From contig CAJINV010000002.1 of NCBI GenBank assembly GCA_905178155.1, positions 496,376 through 560,375 on the forward strand: 64,000 nucleotides of DNA. Direction: 5' to 3'. This DNA comes from Amoebophrya sp. A120 (Eukaryota > Protista > Dinoflagellata). The position numbers and the translations under genes are program-made. This document shows, piece by piece, positions 47,101 through 55,966 of this stretch; positions within the stretch are counted from its first letter, which is position 1, and each line of letters opens with the position of its first letter. The notes under the pieces are model-generated. The model was not told the origin of the DNA. It saw only the letters and a program-made list of their open reading frames with translations, and searched no databases.

Positions 47101-49668
47101 TGTGTATTTGAGTGCAAGCCGTTTCCGTGGGTGCGGGCGTATGATGATAAGCGGCGCATTGCTGATTTTGCTCCTGTTGCCTAGTTTTATTGTACCAGAA
47201 CCAAGGCCCTCACCTGATAACTTTGGTTGTTGCTGCGATGGTTCGCTGGCGTGATGAGTGCCAGTAGTTTTTGTCTTCGCTAGCGTGCTACTCTGATCCC
47301 GTTGTACCTGCATGGTGGTGCAATTGTGTTTCGTGACAATCGGCGAGTCCTCATGCGTACTGCGGATTACACGATGAAAGACAACAGACGGCGGCGCAAC
47401 AATCTCACCTCTGAGTGGACGGCCCTGATCTTGTGCTTCAATTCTGAGCAGCGACGTGTTCGCAGTGAAGATGTGATCGTGTCGAAACAGCTCGACTGCA
47501 ATCCTTCTCCTCTTCGAGTGCGGCTTGATAGTAACTTTGTGCAGTTGGTCTTCTACTGGTTCTCCTCTGCCGATCGTGCCCGCTTTGCCGCTGAAGCCGG
47601 AAGTGCTTTTTGTCATGCGTGCTGTGTCATCATCGCTACAAAAACATGTGTCATTCTCATCATCATTCTCAATCACACTACTGCTACCCTGATTCTCAAC
47701 AACGACTTTGCTCACCACGCTACCACTACTCTGATTCTCATCGAAGCCTTCTTTCTCCAATGCGTCTTCACGCTTACATGTACCTAACTGCTCGCCTTCT
47801 CCCAGGTTGGCGGTGATCTCGTTGTCCATGGCCGCCACCTCTTTTTCCCGGCGGCCCGCAATGCTTTTGGTCGCCTGGGCCATTTTCGCGTCCAGCAACT
47901 TTTTCACGGCGCCGTCTTTGTCAGCATCCGGCAGCTGGGACAGGCAGAGCTTGAGCAGGGAGGAGTTGATCAGCGTGCTTTCGTCCATGTTATCAATAAA
48001 TCGGTCCTGCTTCTCCTCCATCATGTCCATGCGCTTCTCGCATTTTTCGATGCGGTCGCCGAGGTTCTTCTCAACTGCTTCCAAGTCCGCCTTCGTAACC
48101 AGGTCCAAGTTGTCGACTTTCCCCCTTTTCGTCCGCGGTTCCTTGGGCGCCGGCTTCAGCAGCGGCTTGGTGAGCGGGTGCATCACAACGTCACTCATTT
48201 CGTCTTCGGTAATTTTGCAAAAGGACTGGATGATGGGAATAAGCTGTGGCTCGCCGGATGGTTTGTGGCTGTAGGTGAGCTTGACCGCGTACATGTTGCC
48301 CTGAACAAATTCATCCGCCAGGCTCGGCGGAATAGAGTCGTAGTTCAGAAAGATCTCCTCTGAGAAGAAGAGCCGATCGGCATCCTCCACGTCAATACCG
48401 AGTCCACCTCCATAATGCTCCAGCGCCACGTGCTTGCTGTTCTTGAAAACAGCGCGAACGATGACCGTGTAGTATTGCGGCGGTAGCTGGATATCCCCGT
48501 CTTGATTGCGCCCAAGAACATCCCGAACAAACTCACAGACTTTGTGCAGTTTAATCTCGCCGCTCCTGTTGATGAAGCTGCTTTTCACCAAAAAGCCAAG
48601 CTGGTCCCTGTGGTAGGCGCCCCACATGCCATGCGCGTCGTAATTCAGCTTCGGGTAGTACATCACGCACCCGTCTTCTGGCTCAAGTGGCCGCATCCCC
48701 AAGCAGCGGGATTCGCGCACCAGGTTGGACAAGTGGATTGCTGTTAACTTCTCCTGGATTGCCGGCGCACTCCGCAGATCTTCATCATCAAGGATTTCGC
48801 CCACTGCTGTGGTGTACTCCTGCGTTAGGAATGCATTATGAATAAAATCATCATACTCCTTCAAAACGTTGGAAATGACTCCCGCGCAAGCCTTGATTCC
48901 CAGGTCCGCCCCATTGCTGAACAACTGCTGGCATTGGTCTTCCAGGTAGGCCGCGATGTCTCCGATCTTGCAGATCTCTTCAATGTGCAGCTCCGGTTTT
49001 GGAATTTCAATGTGCTTGCCGCTCGATGCGGTAAGCTCAACCCCCGGTGTGGACGTGCCGAACTTGTCGCCCAGGAGAAGCTCCCCTTTCACGCCACCTC
49101 CAGTTTCCTCATTCTTGGGGATCGTCTGCTTGCCTCCTGCTCCTCCACCATGCGCGGCCGCTTCGGCTTCCAGCAAAGCATCATCATCGTCCTCCGGGAT
49201 CGGAACTGACGCAGCAGCAGCAGCAGCGGCCTGCTCTTCCACGGTTGCGCTTCCCGTCTTGGTCTGTTCATCGCCATCCATCTCCGTGTCATTCTTGATG
49301 CCCGTGGCATCCTGCTTCTTCGACTGGATCTTGTAGCAAGAAAATGCACCCGAAGCAAAGTTTGCTCGTGCTCCGTCTGTGTTCTCCTTTCCATTGCCCA
49401 GCGCGATCGACTTGCCAACTCGCTCGTTGATGAAGGCTTTGATCTCCGGAATGACCACATGCGGTTTCTTGTTGTTACAAATCTGGTGGAAGATCATACC
49501 CGACAAGGCCTTCATGTCGGATGTCTCCGTGAAGATGAAATGGCTCTTGTCATTGTCGAGGTACCGAAAAAAGGCGCTCTCCCACTCTCCTTCCAGTGTG
49601 ACGATTCCGCCCGCTTCCTGGTTCATGCCTGGATTGCTCGCTGGGGTGCTGGTCTCGTGTGCGCTCAT
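38197..49668 (-). CDS. LINE polyprotein: long N-terminal extension, AP endonuclease, reverse transcriptase, C-terminal C2H2/CCHC zinc fingers (3823 aa)
   Basis: APE (~41470-42440): VASVNMRS, VLLNE, GVGIL, SVYSPT, GGDWNSQVG, VDFFAV, FDHKAI. RT (~39880-40935): PLYKKGDPKDPDNYR, QYGFRSARGT, VDLRKAFPSL, GTKEGCVSSPLVF, LLFADD, NLGAW. RTE-like RFLGHVLR. Fingers CKKC..H..H and CRKC..HEAAC. Confidence 0.95.
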   Translation of the reverse strand: MSAHETSTPASNPGMNQEAGGIVTLEGEWESAFFRYLDNDKSHFIFTETSDMKALSGMIFHQICNNKKPHVVIPEIKAFINERVGKSIALGNGKENTDGARANFASGAFSCYKIQSKKQDATGIKNDTEMDGDEQTKTGSATVEEQAAAAAAASVPIPEDDDDALLEAEAAAHGGGAGGKQTIPKNEETGGGVKGELLLGDKFGTSTPGVELTASSGKHIEIPKPELHIEEICKIGDIAAYLEDQCQQLFSNGADLGIKACAGVISNVLKEYDDFIHNAFLTQEYTTAVGEILDDEDLRSAPAIQEKLTAIHLSNLVRESRCLGMRPLEPEDGCVMYYPKLNYDAHGMWGAYHRDQLGFLVKSSFINRSGEIKLHKVCEFVRDVLGRNQDGDIQLPPQYYTVIVRAVFKNSKHVALEHYGGGLGIDVEDADRLFFSEEIFLNYDSIPPSLADEFVQGNMYAVKLTYSHKPSGEPQLIPIIQSFCKITEDEMSDVVMHPLTKPLLKPAPKEPRTKRGKVDNLDLVTKADLEAVEKNLGDRIEKCEKRMDMMEEKQDRFIDNMDESTLINSSLLKLCLSQLPDADKDGAVKKLLDAKMAQATKSIAGRREKEVAAMDNEITANLGEGEQLGTCKREDALEKEGFDENQSSGSVVSKVVVENQGSSSVIENDDENDTCFCSDDDTARMTKSTSGFSGKAGTIGRGEPVEDQLHKVTIKPHSKRRRIAVELFRHDHIFTANTSLLRIEAQDQGRPLRGEIVAPPSVVFHRVIRSTHEDSPIVTKHNCTTMQVQRDQSSTLAKTKTTGTHHASEPSQQQPKLSGEGLGSGTIKLGNRSKISNAPLIIIRPHPRKRLALKYTHQNRIDWNRRPPLLSKNRFQALAEEDEQQQHVDASERHRVIRLKSDSSPHLKRKTALISSSKSRSTTGTKTINTANQAHEVPPLRAVGVLALFLVLGAWVWISGFDFRENRFSVQKSAVSSYQCLSCRLLTIHTGVEAQSVARSPSPWSRTSCTGNVTTSSTTLSRIGLDSGGRECFCVCVGEVLMNDGGEETGATRPFTAGNHEKQVLDSRRLGVLTRPARGIEAIRATGSLSVWYPRAPTCTSKPLSTWTSLPSQQKISVSRYPVALLHRVRVWACEPARKDDGARRDEPRAALADGVSICVLSRPEHGGCDLQPHSTSHQRVLGSRSSAHNCSDEKRCLDRWMNEGTGRRRTRKIASKTGHEFKCRLGMATNAHWKSPTGHEGPLQCNWIWSVRCGVVVDGNWCTVKQEQMVGRRGIFCLIRPERGGRDLRIACTSRESEFGSRFSNNPNVLGGAASGEAALDSTRRRASCSRGLSSATCAMMLRKVLKIGHDMTAQPQYTLPPSPKIRVRAASSTVGKRGSALAGTLVCLFPPCIALQQTSLVPGDGVMVDYRCCPVSSRNCNLQVHAALPPTRLKRMPEECSMGKRSIARGAGLADEVQHERKPHVCLQDLALLSPRVAKCKRVCRDALRGRRQTQNCSPDNNPSFCIMFDSNVQHKSPIIIGSQVLDLWGQHVRRWRLELDSQTADACWPDIHGHRRGNDGKTVGCSLGKRAFKCAVGLLDEAQHERGSSICAHGGGRACLSPRPICRPASETCRIVSVSRRPISYVLSLCSGRNLSNRAHSIGGSRTSNPMHHHSRWGLSVDLQCVAACSRSCSAGGLAVGDLASRWRTCGDGLADEAQHERRPAIFLQGGGRVSLSPRADGRLSHSKASSCSCSAGGMAGGDVTSRSRRSGETGFAHEAQRERKPGICLQGGDRRLLTPRADGRLSLSSGSTSSADLEDAAAMVGERQRRTTRAEFDDVMASLVHRRRRPQLDSQCAATRPGSCSAGGMAVILNSHEPEQGEDGLPAPQQGKPSGSLFGSNFSHHTGADVASSNPGPFAVVKPRLGLEDPRLTSCADTAEGENVQLRNEHRMTTEKDKEAPALDRREGTAPQRSFFCVSPLLLAEYVWPERRPHQRQKVPAQWYRHYCHLQQLQCRMPRLFKFFLRCLPMLTLLRNAIVVTTHEYKLLQDWLQYGDADGTADAMRHHRPTMADKWHRCEGVADGKVKLSRVLRSIRAVYRRIDQRQPRPLSRGGAWMGSRLPSTKRLQQRASSWRRANRLEKIQRRRARLQNERRAQAENGRVQMESTLLVLRRAARGVVAWVFSQKDTAYRVIDAGHQAARRVVLVFGSHKHVRTRTLVHQPVEVSGQRTQGAHEQAAAASLVPGSHPVAQEHSKPAKHDAEASLRQCNRTKKKEERPTTEGKLRGAVAAAVGNLHGANPQHKNKKKKKSRSVALPVYRAHRSTPPAPKPSNSTKTRKLADEQEEKDRAELIAGTVLGGFISRPLDEVNKDQQEKAKAAREEDRDGHDGNGPERQQPEQNQDHQSHDLFPDRAQDKGREAFPGHRRRRVASVNMRSSGQESPRFQHILRAAGVNGWGVVLLNEFEYSRKDLREEIEVLKFQAAARGGVNPGEAGADVDMELPDDNGQNHEAEAHALEALEVMEENEEEERAVGAMHFGKHGFQWITHNKFHLLYANGVGILVLDHDLRHQIEKGKLWRQTSDAVRSRPRVLSLFLDEEIYVSVYSPTAGAPLEEREAFNAEVAGAVREAQKMKQHKWKTKIVGGDWNSQVGATIFGETPIHGGKGPALSSPSGRKLGANLLALNMALPGTYENQGQHGTHDAGNEVDFFAVPGPQLQKVRQYRRFDVNGITKEGKTWSPRRFDHKAIEMDVDVKTKGRLVEEGELRRLATFGILEDPGEDQVAYFNHDLAKRVAARGGAEQFTLEDVQDFLKSHMPHFVGKVKKQLPGSDVEKFLEDGKKRNEMWRVFREFDLAKVDRVCAITPKQAMDKYHEVGNSPMHADLEQLPIAEHLPELVPKLTPEEIASLDEEIKQDEFEQVARALRRGGKARDVFGLQAGIFKFLDDSSATLLTQVLNKELKNRKLSELRADLHLCKDVPLYKKGDPKDPDNYRYLVISPLLLKFCTKLYSDRLYSLLESKGYFCPTQYGFRSARGTLESIMVFNRIREDLGHYSHHRSSKVLSTLVDLRKAFPSLNWRLVTGVMTCLGIEESTCWQIINSSHRHAVHQFHDQETGIPGDSFTLTHGTKEGCVSSPLVFLISYTAVLRYYRKLLQGNGAEELKGVRLYSRESTWHMPRVDKLHEIFAGSPPEDEDETTEIDHIRDLLFADDTTLLEHMTTEELTEFVRLNAALVAEDLAPEESDAMKLLTKALHAAGCSENETKRYSNDITKIAVRNLGAWTDPVEDVRQKRRKAWTAYNKLRGKMSGVSNLHNERRGSLIVIMIRSIFLYGLAARYVGPEEIRALEREELIMMQRIQDLPWWERILQKKSASELRRTLKVPPLAAHLKYLQMRFLGHVLRSDSDDITRRALVGQFLPILHNRTGPGGDQRERFISSRAEIYRTVKDLKEVDAKLRRIGSYLGESLSHLATSCNMPVELVQLLTENRKKTEQRRPEGLAGGTTLYAVNKKLFHSMTRWALIRETAQDWACGDEQQRAEYEEELAVRYFGTPGETETRAEMVKRVLEENPDAQPADIEYSPPMGMPEVVQSLAAGGECLWSGEIVTGMTSWGTTREGMTPELRDHLQGHHPKRTPTSIPLKQEICRKSAQFNAEQDAELRREIIERNSDILRDKMARGPQANVKKIFCKKCELMYSSTAGAMEKHAQNHRDNSYIRIGRKKNNNGEAVGEYRPEQHLWNQWTGRYYFGSDAKGWKNIIPRDALHKDRAGCEYLRCRKCKTYKILFNHDQKTERLHNHAESIKISRMVAHEAACKPKAKETKKDTRKAPMKKLMKAVLVRKS
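44106..45310. repeat. Degenerate tandem repeats inside the LINE ORF
   Basis: cagcca..ccacccgcggaacaagagc at 44106, 44439 and 44622; gagagacggccgtcagctcgggg at 44300 and 44486; peptide (D/H)E(A/V)Q(H/R)ER four times. Confidence 0.8.
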
Positions 49669-50507
49669 TTTGAAGCTTCTTTCTTTTTGTGTTAGTTTGT
49701 GTGGCTGATTGGATCAAGGATGGGCAACGTAGAAGTAGTCGTAAGATGATTGAAAAATAGTCATGAGTCTACAAGGCTAGTAAACTCACGCGCTTGGCTA
49801 CTTAAGCTTTCTGCTCACCAAAACAAAGCTGACTGTGTGTGTATTAGTGCATTACCTTTTTTTTTGTCTTTTTATTAGTTTTTCGTCTTTTGGATCGTGG
49901 TTCGTGCTTTCATTTTCGTACTAATGCGCATACCTTATGAAATCAAGTGCGTTCCGGTTGCAAGGTCGTTGCTTGTGTCGCTTTGTTTTGTGTTTCTCTT
50001 TCGTGAGGGTCGCGTAATCAAGTTAACTTGTCAATCGTTCTAATAAATCTTACCTACCACTAATGTTCTGTAAAGGCTAATGTTCAACTTATTTCAACAC
50101 TCCACGGAGGAGCAACCTGTAGGGCTACATTAACAAGCTCGCAACAGAAAGAGGGTGCCCATCCTCAATCTTGAGCCAAAATGGCTACGGCATGTACTAT
50201 TATTGTTCTATGCGAGTCGTCATCAATTTTTCGCAGAAGTTCCGAAGGCGATTGGTCTCCCGAATTGCCATGCCGATAAATAGAGATCAAGAACTTTAGA
50301 AATTCTGTACATACCAGGTTTTTGTAGTGAGACTTTCTAGCATTTTTGCGTAGTTTATTGCTCATGAAAAGCGAGTCTTATTAATTTCGAAAGCTGGAAA
50401 CCATTGCAAACCTACACTGAGAAACAGATACGTAGTTCTCAAGCGAAATAAATGCATATCTACTTCAACACTTTGGCAGAAAAACGTAAACGTTGCGTTT
50501 TTCCCTG

Positions 50508-53500
50508 TTAATTCTGCAGCTGCGCCCCTCCTCCACCACCATTCCCAGTCCCGCCCTGCTCCTGCATAAGTAAAATCTTATCCAGTTCCTCCCCAGCGTA
50601 CTGTTCTAAAAACTTCTCAAACGACAAAAACCCGCATATGGGGTTCTCAAGCGTTACATTCTCAACCCGGGACGAACGAATCTGTGATGCAAGAACAGCA
50701 AAAGTGAAAGCGGGAATAAATTGCGCGTTTTGCATTACAAATTCCGGACAGATTATCGATGTTGTTTAGCCCTTCGAAAATTTGTCATGCTCAGCACATT
50801 GATCAAGTGGAGTTGGGTGGCAATTTTGCATGACAAATCCGTGCAACAGTTGAGCCTGTAACAGTTGAGAATGCCATACCGCCCCCAATCCGGAAAACCG
50901 GTTTTTCGTTCGACAACCGAATCTGCACCTGTTTCGTCCCGAAAAGATAGCTATGCAATGCAAACGCATCGCACTACCTAGTATAAATTGCATTACAAAT
51001 TAGCTCAACATTACAAATCAAATTTGTAATGCTGTTCCACCTTAGGAAGAAGATTTGTCATGCATATTTACAATTGCAACTACGAGTACGATGCTTTTGC
51101 AATTCATAATAGCAGCCGTTCGACACTCTCGAGAACGGTACCGCCGGGCGGAAAGCGTGGATGTACTTCGCGAGGACCACGTCGGTCGCGTCGGATTTTA
51201 AGGGAATGTATTTCGAAGACAGTTCCTGATATCCTGTGGAAAAACGTCCCCACCCCAGAGCTGTCATGCAAATTTGCAATGACAGGAACATTTGGAATGC
51301 GCATCTCCTCGAGGGGCGGTGCCACTCGTGTTTTGGAATTTGTAATGCTGCAAACAGCATGAGTAATTTCCTTTCTAACCAGCACTACACTGCAGATGGA
51401 AACTTGTCATGCAGAACTCCCAAAAGTACTTGGAGATTTGTGTTGCAGATTTCCCATCTTGACTATGGAGTGGGGACGTTTTTACGTAGGATACCTGAAT
51501 CCTCGCCATCAGTAACCGAATTTCCTCATTCCGCTCGAGTAACTGCTTCTCTATCAGAACTATGCAGTGGTGGAAATATCATGCAGCCCGGGTTTGGAAG
51601 AGGAAGGCTACAATTCCAACTTGTGATGCGTCGTGTACTAGATGATCACGCAAAGATTCGTTTTATTGCCCAGGTTGCAATACAAAATCACGCTCACAAT
51701 TCTTGGCCGTGCTGAAACAGGATCCTTTCTCATGCGGAATGTGTAATATTGCAAAGCGCCTAGTAGTACAAACCCTGTGATTGTTCTCTAACCTGCCCCC
51801 CAGTCCTCGGAGGGCACCAAACCACCTGTATGACAAACTCCTGCACCCATCCAGATCCAGACCAGCACATATTTGCATTTGATAAGCACCTTATGAATTG
51901 CAAAAGTATCGTACTCGTATAAATGCATTACAAATTTCCTCAGCATGAGAAATAAAATTTGCAATGCTAATTTGCCTTAAGAACAGGATTTGTAATGCAT
52001 GATTACAATACGAGTACGACACTTTTGCACAGGATACGCCTTCTTACTGTCGGAATTCTCGACGACAAAACGAAACTGATTTGTTGTTCTGTATGAGAGT
52101 GCAGAAGTCCCCTTCCTCCTCATTCGTCATTTGTAATGCAAAATACCAAATCCGTATGCGCCCTTTCCCTCTTGGCACGTTTGGCATGACAAGTTCTGGC
52201 AGCCCAATCGCACTACACACTCCTGTGCAAATTTGTCATGCAAAACCTGCAGCACTCTACTTGGTGTTGGTGACACTTGTATTGCCATTCATCATGCTAT
52301 ACAAAGGAGGGCGAGGGGGAGTTGTGCACGTTCATATTGTGGAAAGCACCTGCAAAATTTCGTCTCTCCGAGATTTCAGTTCGAGTTTCTGGTCCTGCAG
52401 CACCGCCACTTCCTCCTCGATCAATCTCTGCAAATCCTGTTTCGACTGCTTCAGATGGAGCTTCTTCTTCAAAAGCGCCACTTCGTTCCCGAGATTTTGG
52501 TTCTGTTCCTCCAAATATCAAATGCAAAAATGTCTGGGTCTGCAAGAGTGCATGTTTGTCATGCTTGTCTGGCATGACTCTCAAATCTGTCATGCACGTT
52601 ACCCAAGAGCGCCACTTTTCTGTCATGCAGAAATGCAGTTTGTCATGCAGAATACGCAACACCTAGAAGCTCCGAAACTTGTCACGCTGAGCCAGCACTT
52701 GTGGTCTCCTCATGATACGCCACCCAGCATCACAAGTTTCGAGACCCAGACACTTTTGCATTTGATATCAAAATTTGTTTTCTCTGTTCACTCTCGGCCA
52801 ACGTGATCAGCGCCTCCGCACTATGGTGAGCAAAAACGTCCCCACCCCAAAGTTAAGATTGGAAATCTGCAAGACAAATCGCCAGGCTTTGGCTGCTGCG
52901 CATGACAAATTTGGGCTCGCAGTGTAGTAATGCTTCGCTAGTGAAGCAGCACCACAGATCTAGAATTCCATGCGGATTTGAGCATCGCAAATCTCAAAAA
53001 ACCATATAGAAACTGTTTGTTTTCGTGGGTCTCCGCATGAGAGACACTTTCAGCATGCAGATTTGCATTACAACTCCGGGGTGGGTACGTTTTTACAAAT
53101 GATACGCACGTTTTTGGTTTTCTTTTTGGAGAAGTTGCTCTTTCTCCCGCAATTTTTCTTCCCACAATTGGTACTGTTCCTCGGCTGTGGTAAAGGAGAT
53201 GTGAACCTGTTCTTTCAAATCGGAATTCTCGTTTTCCAATTTTCGGCAAAACTGCAGCAATTTCGTTTGCTCCGCGTTCTTCGCCGGCGTTTCCAATTTC
53301 GCTCTCTCGATGGAATCGAGGACGTGGTCGAGCTCTTGCTGTTTTGAGTGGATGGCTTGTTTCAATGATTCGTTTTCCTCTTCTTTCTTCTCGATTAGCT
53401 TCTCCTGCTCTTTCGCTTGCTGTTCGAGGTAATGCTTGTAGCTGGTTTGCTCTTCCAACTTCCTCAACGTTTCCTGCCGGAACTCCGAGACCCAGCGCTG

Positions 53501-55073
53501 CTCGACCTGAGTTGTGTTCGTGTGATTATGTTGGGTGCTTATGGTTTCCTCGCTGTAGAAGTCCTCGTGCGCGTGGGCGGGTCTCCTCCCCACAGACCCT
53601 GCCCGAGGTAACCGGCGGAAGAATAGACCTCGATCAAGAAAGTTCTGCCGGCGGCAGCAGTTGCGATTTCCCGGCGGAAAAATGTAAGAAAAACCAGGAA
53701 TCCCCTTTCCGCCAGACTCTGCCTAAAGTCGGCGGGAAAATAGGCCTCGGTCAAAATAAAAGTTTCGGACAGACCATTGCCATACTTGATACCATGCGGG
53801 GAAAAGTTAACCAGCACAGTACAATTTACCGGATAAGTATCGATTTTTGTTCGTCAAGGTCGATACCATGCCGCATGACTTTATTCGCGATGCTGTCATT
53901 GCTCGTTGCACATACCGCTTATCATGCCATACGGATTAATGTTATGCACACTGCTGTCATGTTGATAGACGATGCTGAGGCTGCAAGATGAAAACAACGA
54001 GTCGACGTACCTCCAATTTATGTTTTGCTTCGCGCTCCCATAGGTCCTTTATCCTTTCGCAGTTCAGTTTCAAAGTTTCCTTTTCGCGTAAAACTCCCTC
54101 GTATTTGTCCTTCTGGAGCAAAATCATGGTTTCCTTCTCCTGAATCTTGTTTTTCAACACTTCAATTTCGTCCTTTTCCGTTTTTCTGCAATTCTGAATT
54201 TTTTTCAGCGATTTTTCCAATTCTTCTATCTTCTCTATGGCGTCCTCAAATCCACTACATTCTCAACTGTTTTTACATGAATTTATTGTGACGCAAGAGC
54301 AGCAACAGTGAAAGGCGCAAGCTTGCAGCTCTCGCATCACAAATTTTGCACAGATTTCGACGCTGGTTCTTTAGCCCTTAGAGAGTATGTCAACATGCGA
54401 AGTAGCAGCTTGATCGTGTCGACGTTGATGGAAGTTTTGCATGGCAAATTCATGTAAAAACAGTGGAGAATGTTACACTTGAGAACCCCATATTTTCCCG
54501 CTGTTTCCGCTCCTGTTCCTCGAAACTAGTCCTATCGGATTCCAGTTCCTGATGTAATTCAAAGAGCTGGTCTTCCAAATCCAAACGCTTTCTCGTCTGG
54601 TCCGAGGACAAGTCCTTCCAGTGCTGAATTTCGGAATTCAAATCGGCGAAGTTGTCCAGCTTCGAGGTCAAGAGGCCAAGCTGCTTCAGTTGGTTCTCTT
54701 GCTGGGCGTGGGAGGCTGTTGTAGTGGTTATGGGTTTGTAAGTTACGAATTCATTGTTCTTGTTTCTTCATCATCATCACAAAAGGAATTCGACGCGGTA
54801 CGGATTGCATGACAAATAAAGTCAAAATCAAGTGAGTGTCGTAGCAACATTCAGTACCTTTCTCCTTCTCCGTTAACTTCTCCACTTCCCCTTCCAGTAC
54901 CTGTTTCTCCTCCAAATTCCTCCTCACAACCTCCGCTTTTTCCTCATCACACCGCTCCTTCTCCTCGTAACAGCTCCCGAGTTTCTGTTCGTACTCAAAC
55001 ACCACCTTTTCTAGCAGATCCGTCCGCTGCTCCTGGGATTCCAGTTGCTGCCTCAACTCCGGTAGGAGTTGCA
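50508..55073 (-). CDS. Coiled-coil protein with C-terminal GAS2/GAR (microtubule-binding) domain; 5' part missing or displaced
   Basis: The spliced C-terminus reads YIPLKSDATDVVLAKYIHAFRPAVPFSRVSNGCYLFGTKQVQIRLSNEKPVFRIGGGFLSFEKFLEQY, matching the GAR pattern (G.Y.FG...RVGGG...FL). Upstream exons are E/K/Q/L-rich heptads. Confidence 0.75.
50637..50878. mobile_element. Introner family D
   Basis: D-type TIR; DR ccgca/ccgcc; splits the RIGGG motif. Confidence 0.9.
50952..51108. mobile_element. Introner family C
   Basis: C-type TIR; DR atagc. Confidence 0.9.
51230..51493. mobile_element. Introner family G
   Basis: G-type TIR; DR cctga. Confidence 0.9.
51561..51884. mobile_element. Introner, A-related (diverged)
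   Basis: TAT..ATA ends; DR agaac/agcac; frame restored. Confidence 0.75.
51892..52036. mobile_element. Introner family C
   Basis: C-type TIR; DR cacct/cgcct. Confidence 0.9.
52092..52336. mobile_element. Introner family E
   Basis: E-type TIR; DR ttctg/ttgtg. Confidence 0.8.
52516..52767. mobile_element. Introner, A-type TIR with a different core
   Basis: DR ccaaa/tcaaa; core shared with the 28204 copy. Confidence 0.9.
52822..53104. mobile_element. Introner family G
   Basis: G-type TIR; DR cgcac. Confidence 0.85.
54236..54492. mobile_element. Introner family D
   Basis: D-type TIR; DR ttctc/ttttc. Confidence 0.85.
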
Positions 55074-55324
55074 TATCAAATGCAAAAATGTCTGGGTCTG
55101 GAAGATTCTGATACTTGTGATGCACGTTTTGCATGAGCCGTGATGTCTGTGATGCATGCCCCAGCATCACAGATGTTTTAAGGGCATCTTGATGCCTATT
55201 CCGCATTAGAAATGCCCTCCCCGCGTAGCAAAAATCGCATCCCCTTTGCTGCTCACGCAATACAGATTTTTTTGGAATCCGAATGCAGCATCACAAGTTG
55301 CATTCTTCCAGACCCAGACATTTT
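55074..55324. mobile_element. Introner family A, right TIR truncated
   Basis: Complete family A body, but the TIR stops at cagacatttt. The last ~11 bp and the expected ttgca DR are absent. Confidence 0.85.
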
Positions 55325-55966
55325 ATGGCGGCGTCTGAGTGATTACTGTGTTATCGATTCAAAAATTCCCATTTCAATTTAAAAACAACTCTTATCCCGA
55401 GCTGTATCCATCTCTTCGTCGCGGGTCTGCAGGGTGGTTGCCGTCGCGGTTCCGGTGGTGCGTCAACATCCGGGCTTCAATTTATGCATATGAAAAACGT
55501 TCCAATTTGAGCTAGCTAGATAAGGTAGTCTAGAGGGTGTTTAAATAGGGTATGAAGTAAGCATGTAAATGAGGGTATATATGGGTGCCAATAGCGCCAC
55601 TTGTAAGGTATCCTGCCACGCCTGTTGCCGCTGGTGCCCCGTCACGTAGCGCGAGCGGTGGCTGCTCACGAAGTAGCACCTGAAGGTATTGAAAATGAGG
55701 CAGTTTTGTACTCAAATCGGTTGCTTTCTATATGGGGTTGCCAAGAGAGGTCTCGAATCTAGATCGGTATTGCCTTACGAAATGGGTCCAATACAGTGGA
55801 CCAGATAGGGCAGTAGCAGCCACGGCAGTTGGGCAGAGCAGCCCTAGCCCCTAAATACGACCACTATTGTGACCATCATTTACAGGGCCCTAGAAAGAAC
55901 CCAAAGAAACCCCGCCTTGCCTTAGATAGTGTGTAGCTGTAGGCACGTGGTTATTGGTCCCCCTTT

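Larger units (their letters stand above)
38140..50100 (-). mobile_element. Apparently full-length non-LTR retrotransposon (RTE-like LINE); 5' boundary approximate
   Basis: Single long ORF with APE and RT domains, a 3' stem-loop and a (TAC)5 tail at 38140-38154. No TSD identified. Confidence 0.85.

Noticed and set aside
38197-49668. LINE RT as the enzyme that mobilises the introners
   Set aside because: Introners have TIRs, fixed termini and fixed-length DRs with no tails or 5' truncations, which fits DNA transposition rather than target-primed reverse transcription.
49669-50200. Target-site duplication and exact 5' end of the LINE
   Set aside because: No convincing match to the 3' flank (ccatcttcgt) was found by eye.
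53585-53770. Degenerate ~55-bp duplication in the GAS2-domain gene
   Set aside because: Two diverged copies without TIR or DR; probably a local tandem duplication.
311-55260. Many short ORFs with recurring peptides (CKNVWVWK, LPDPDIF, MQKYRT, HCKSIVLV)
   Set aside because: These are translations of introner TIRs, not genes.
95-55324. Recurring repeats with unique sequence between them read as a CRISPR-like array
   Set aside because: The repeats are 109-341 bp dispersed TIR elements of several families, and the intervening pieces are exons that join in frame. No cas genes are present.
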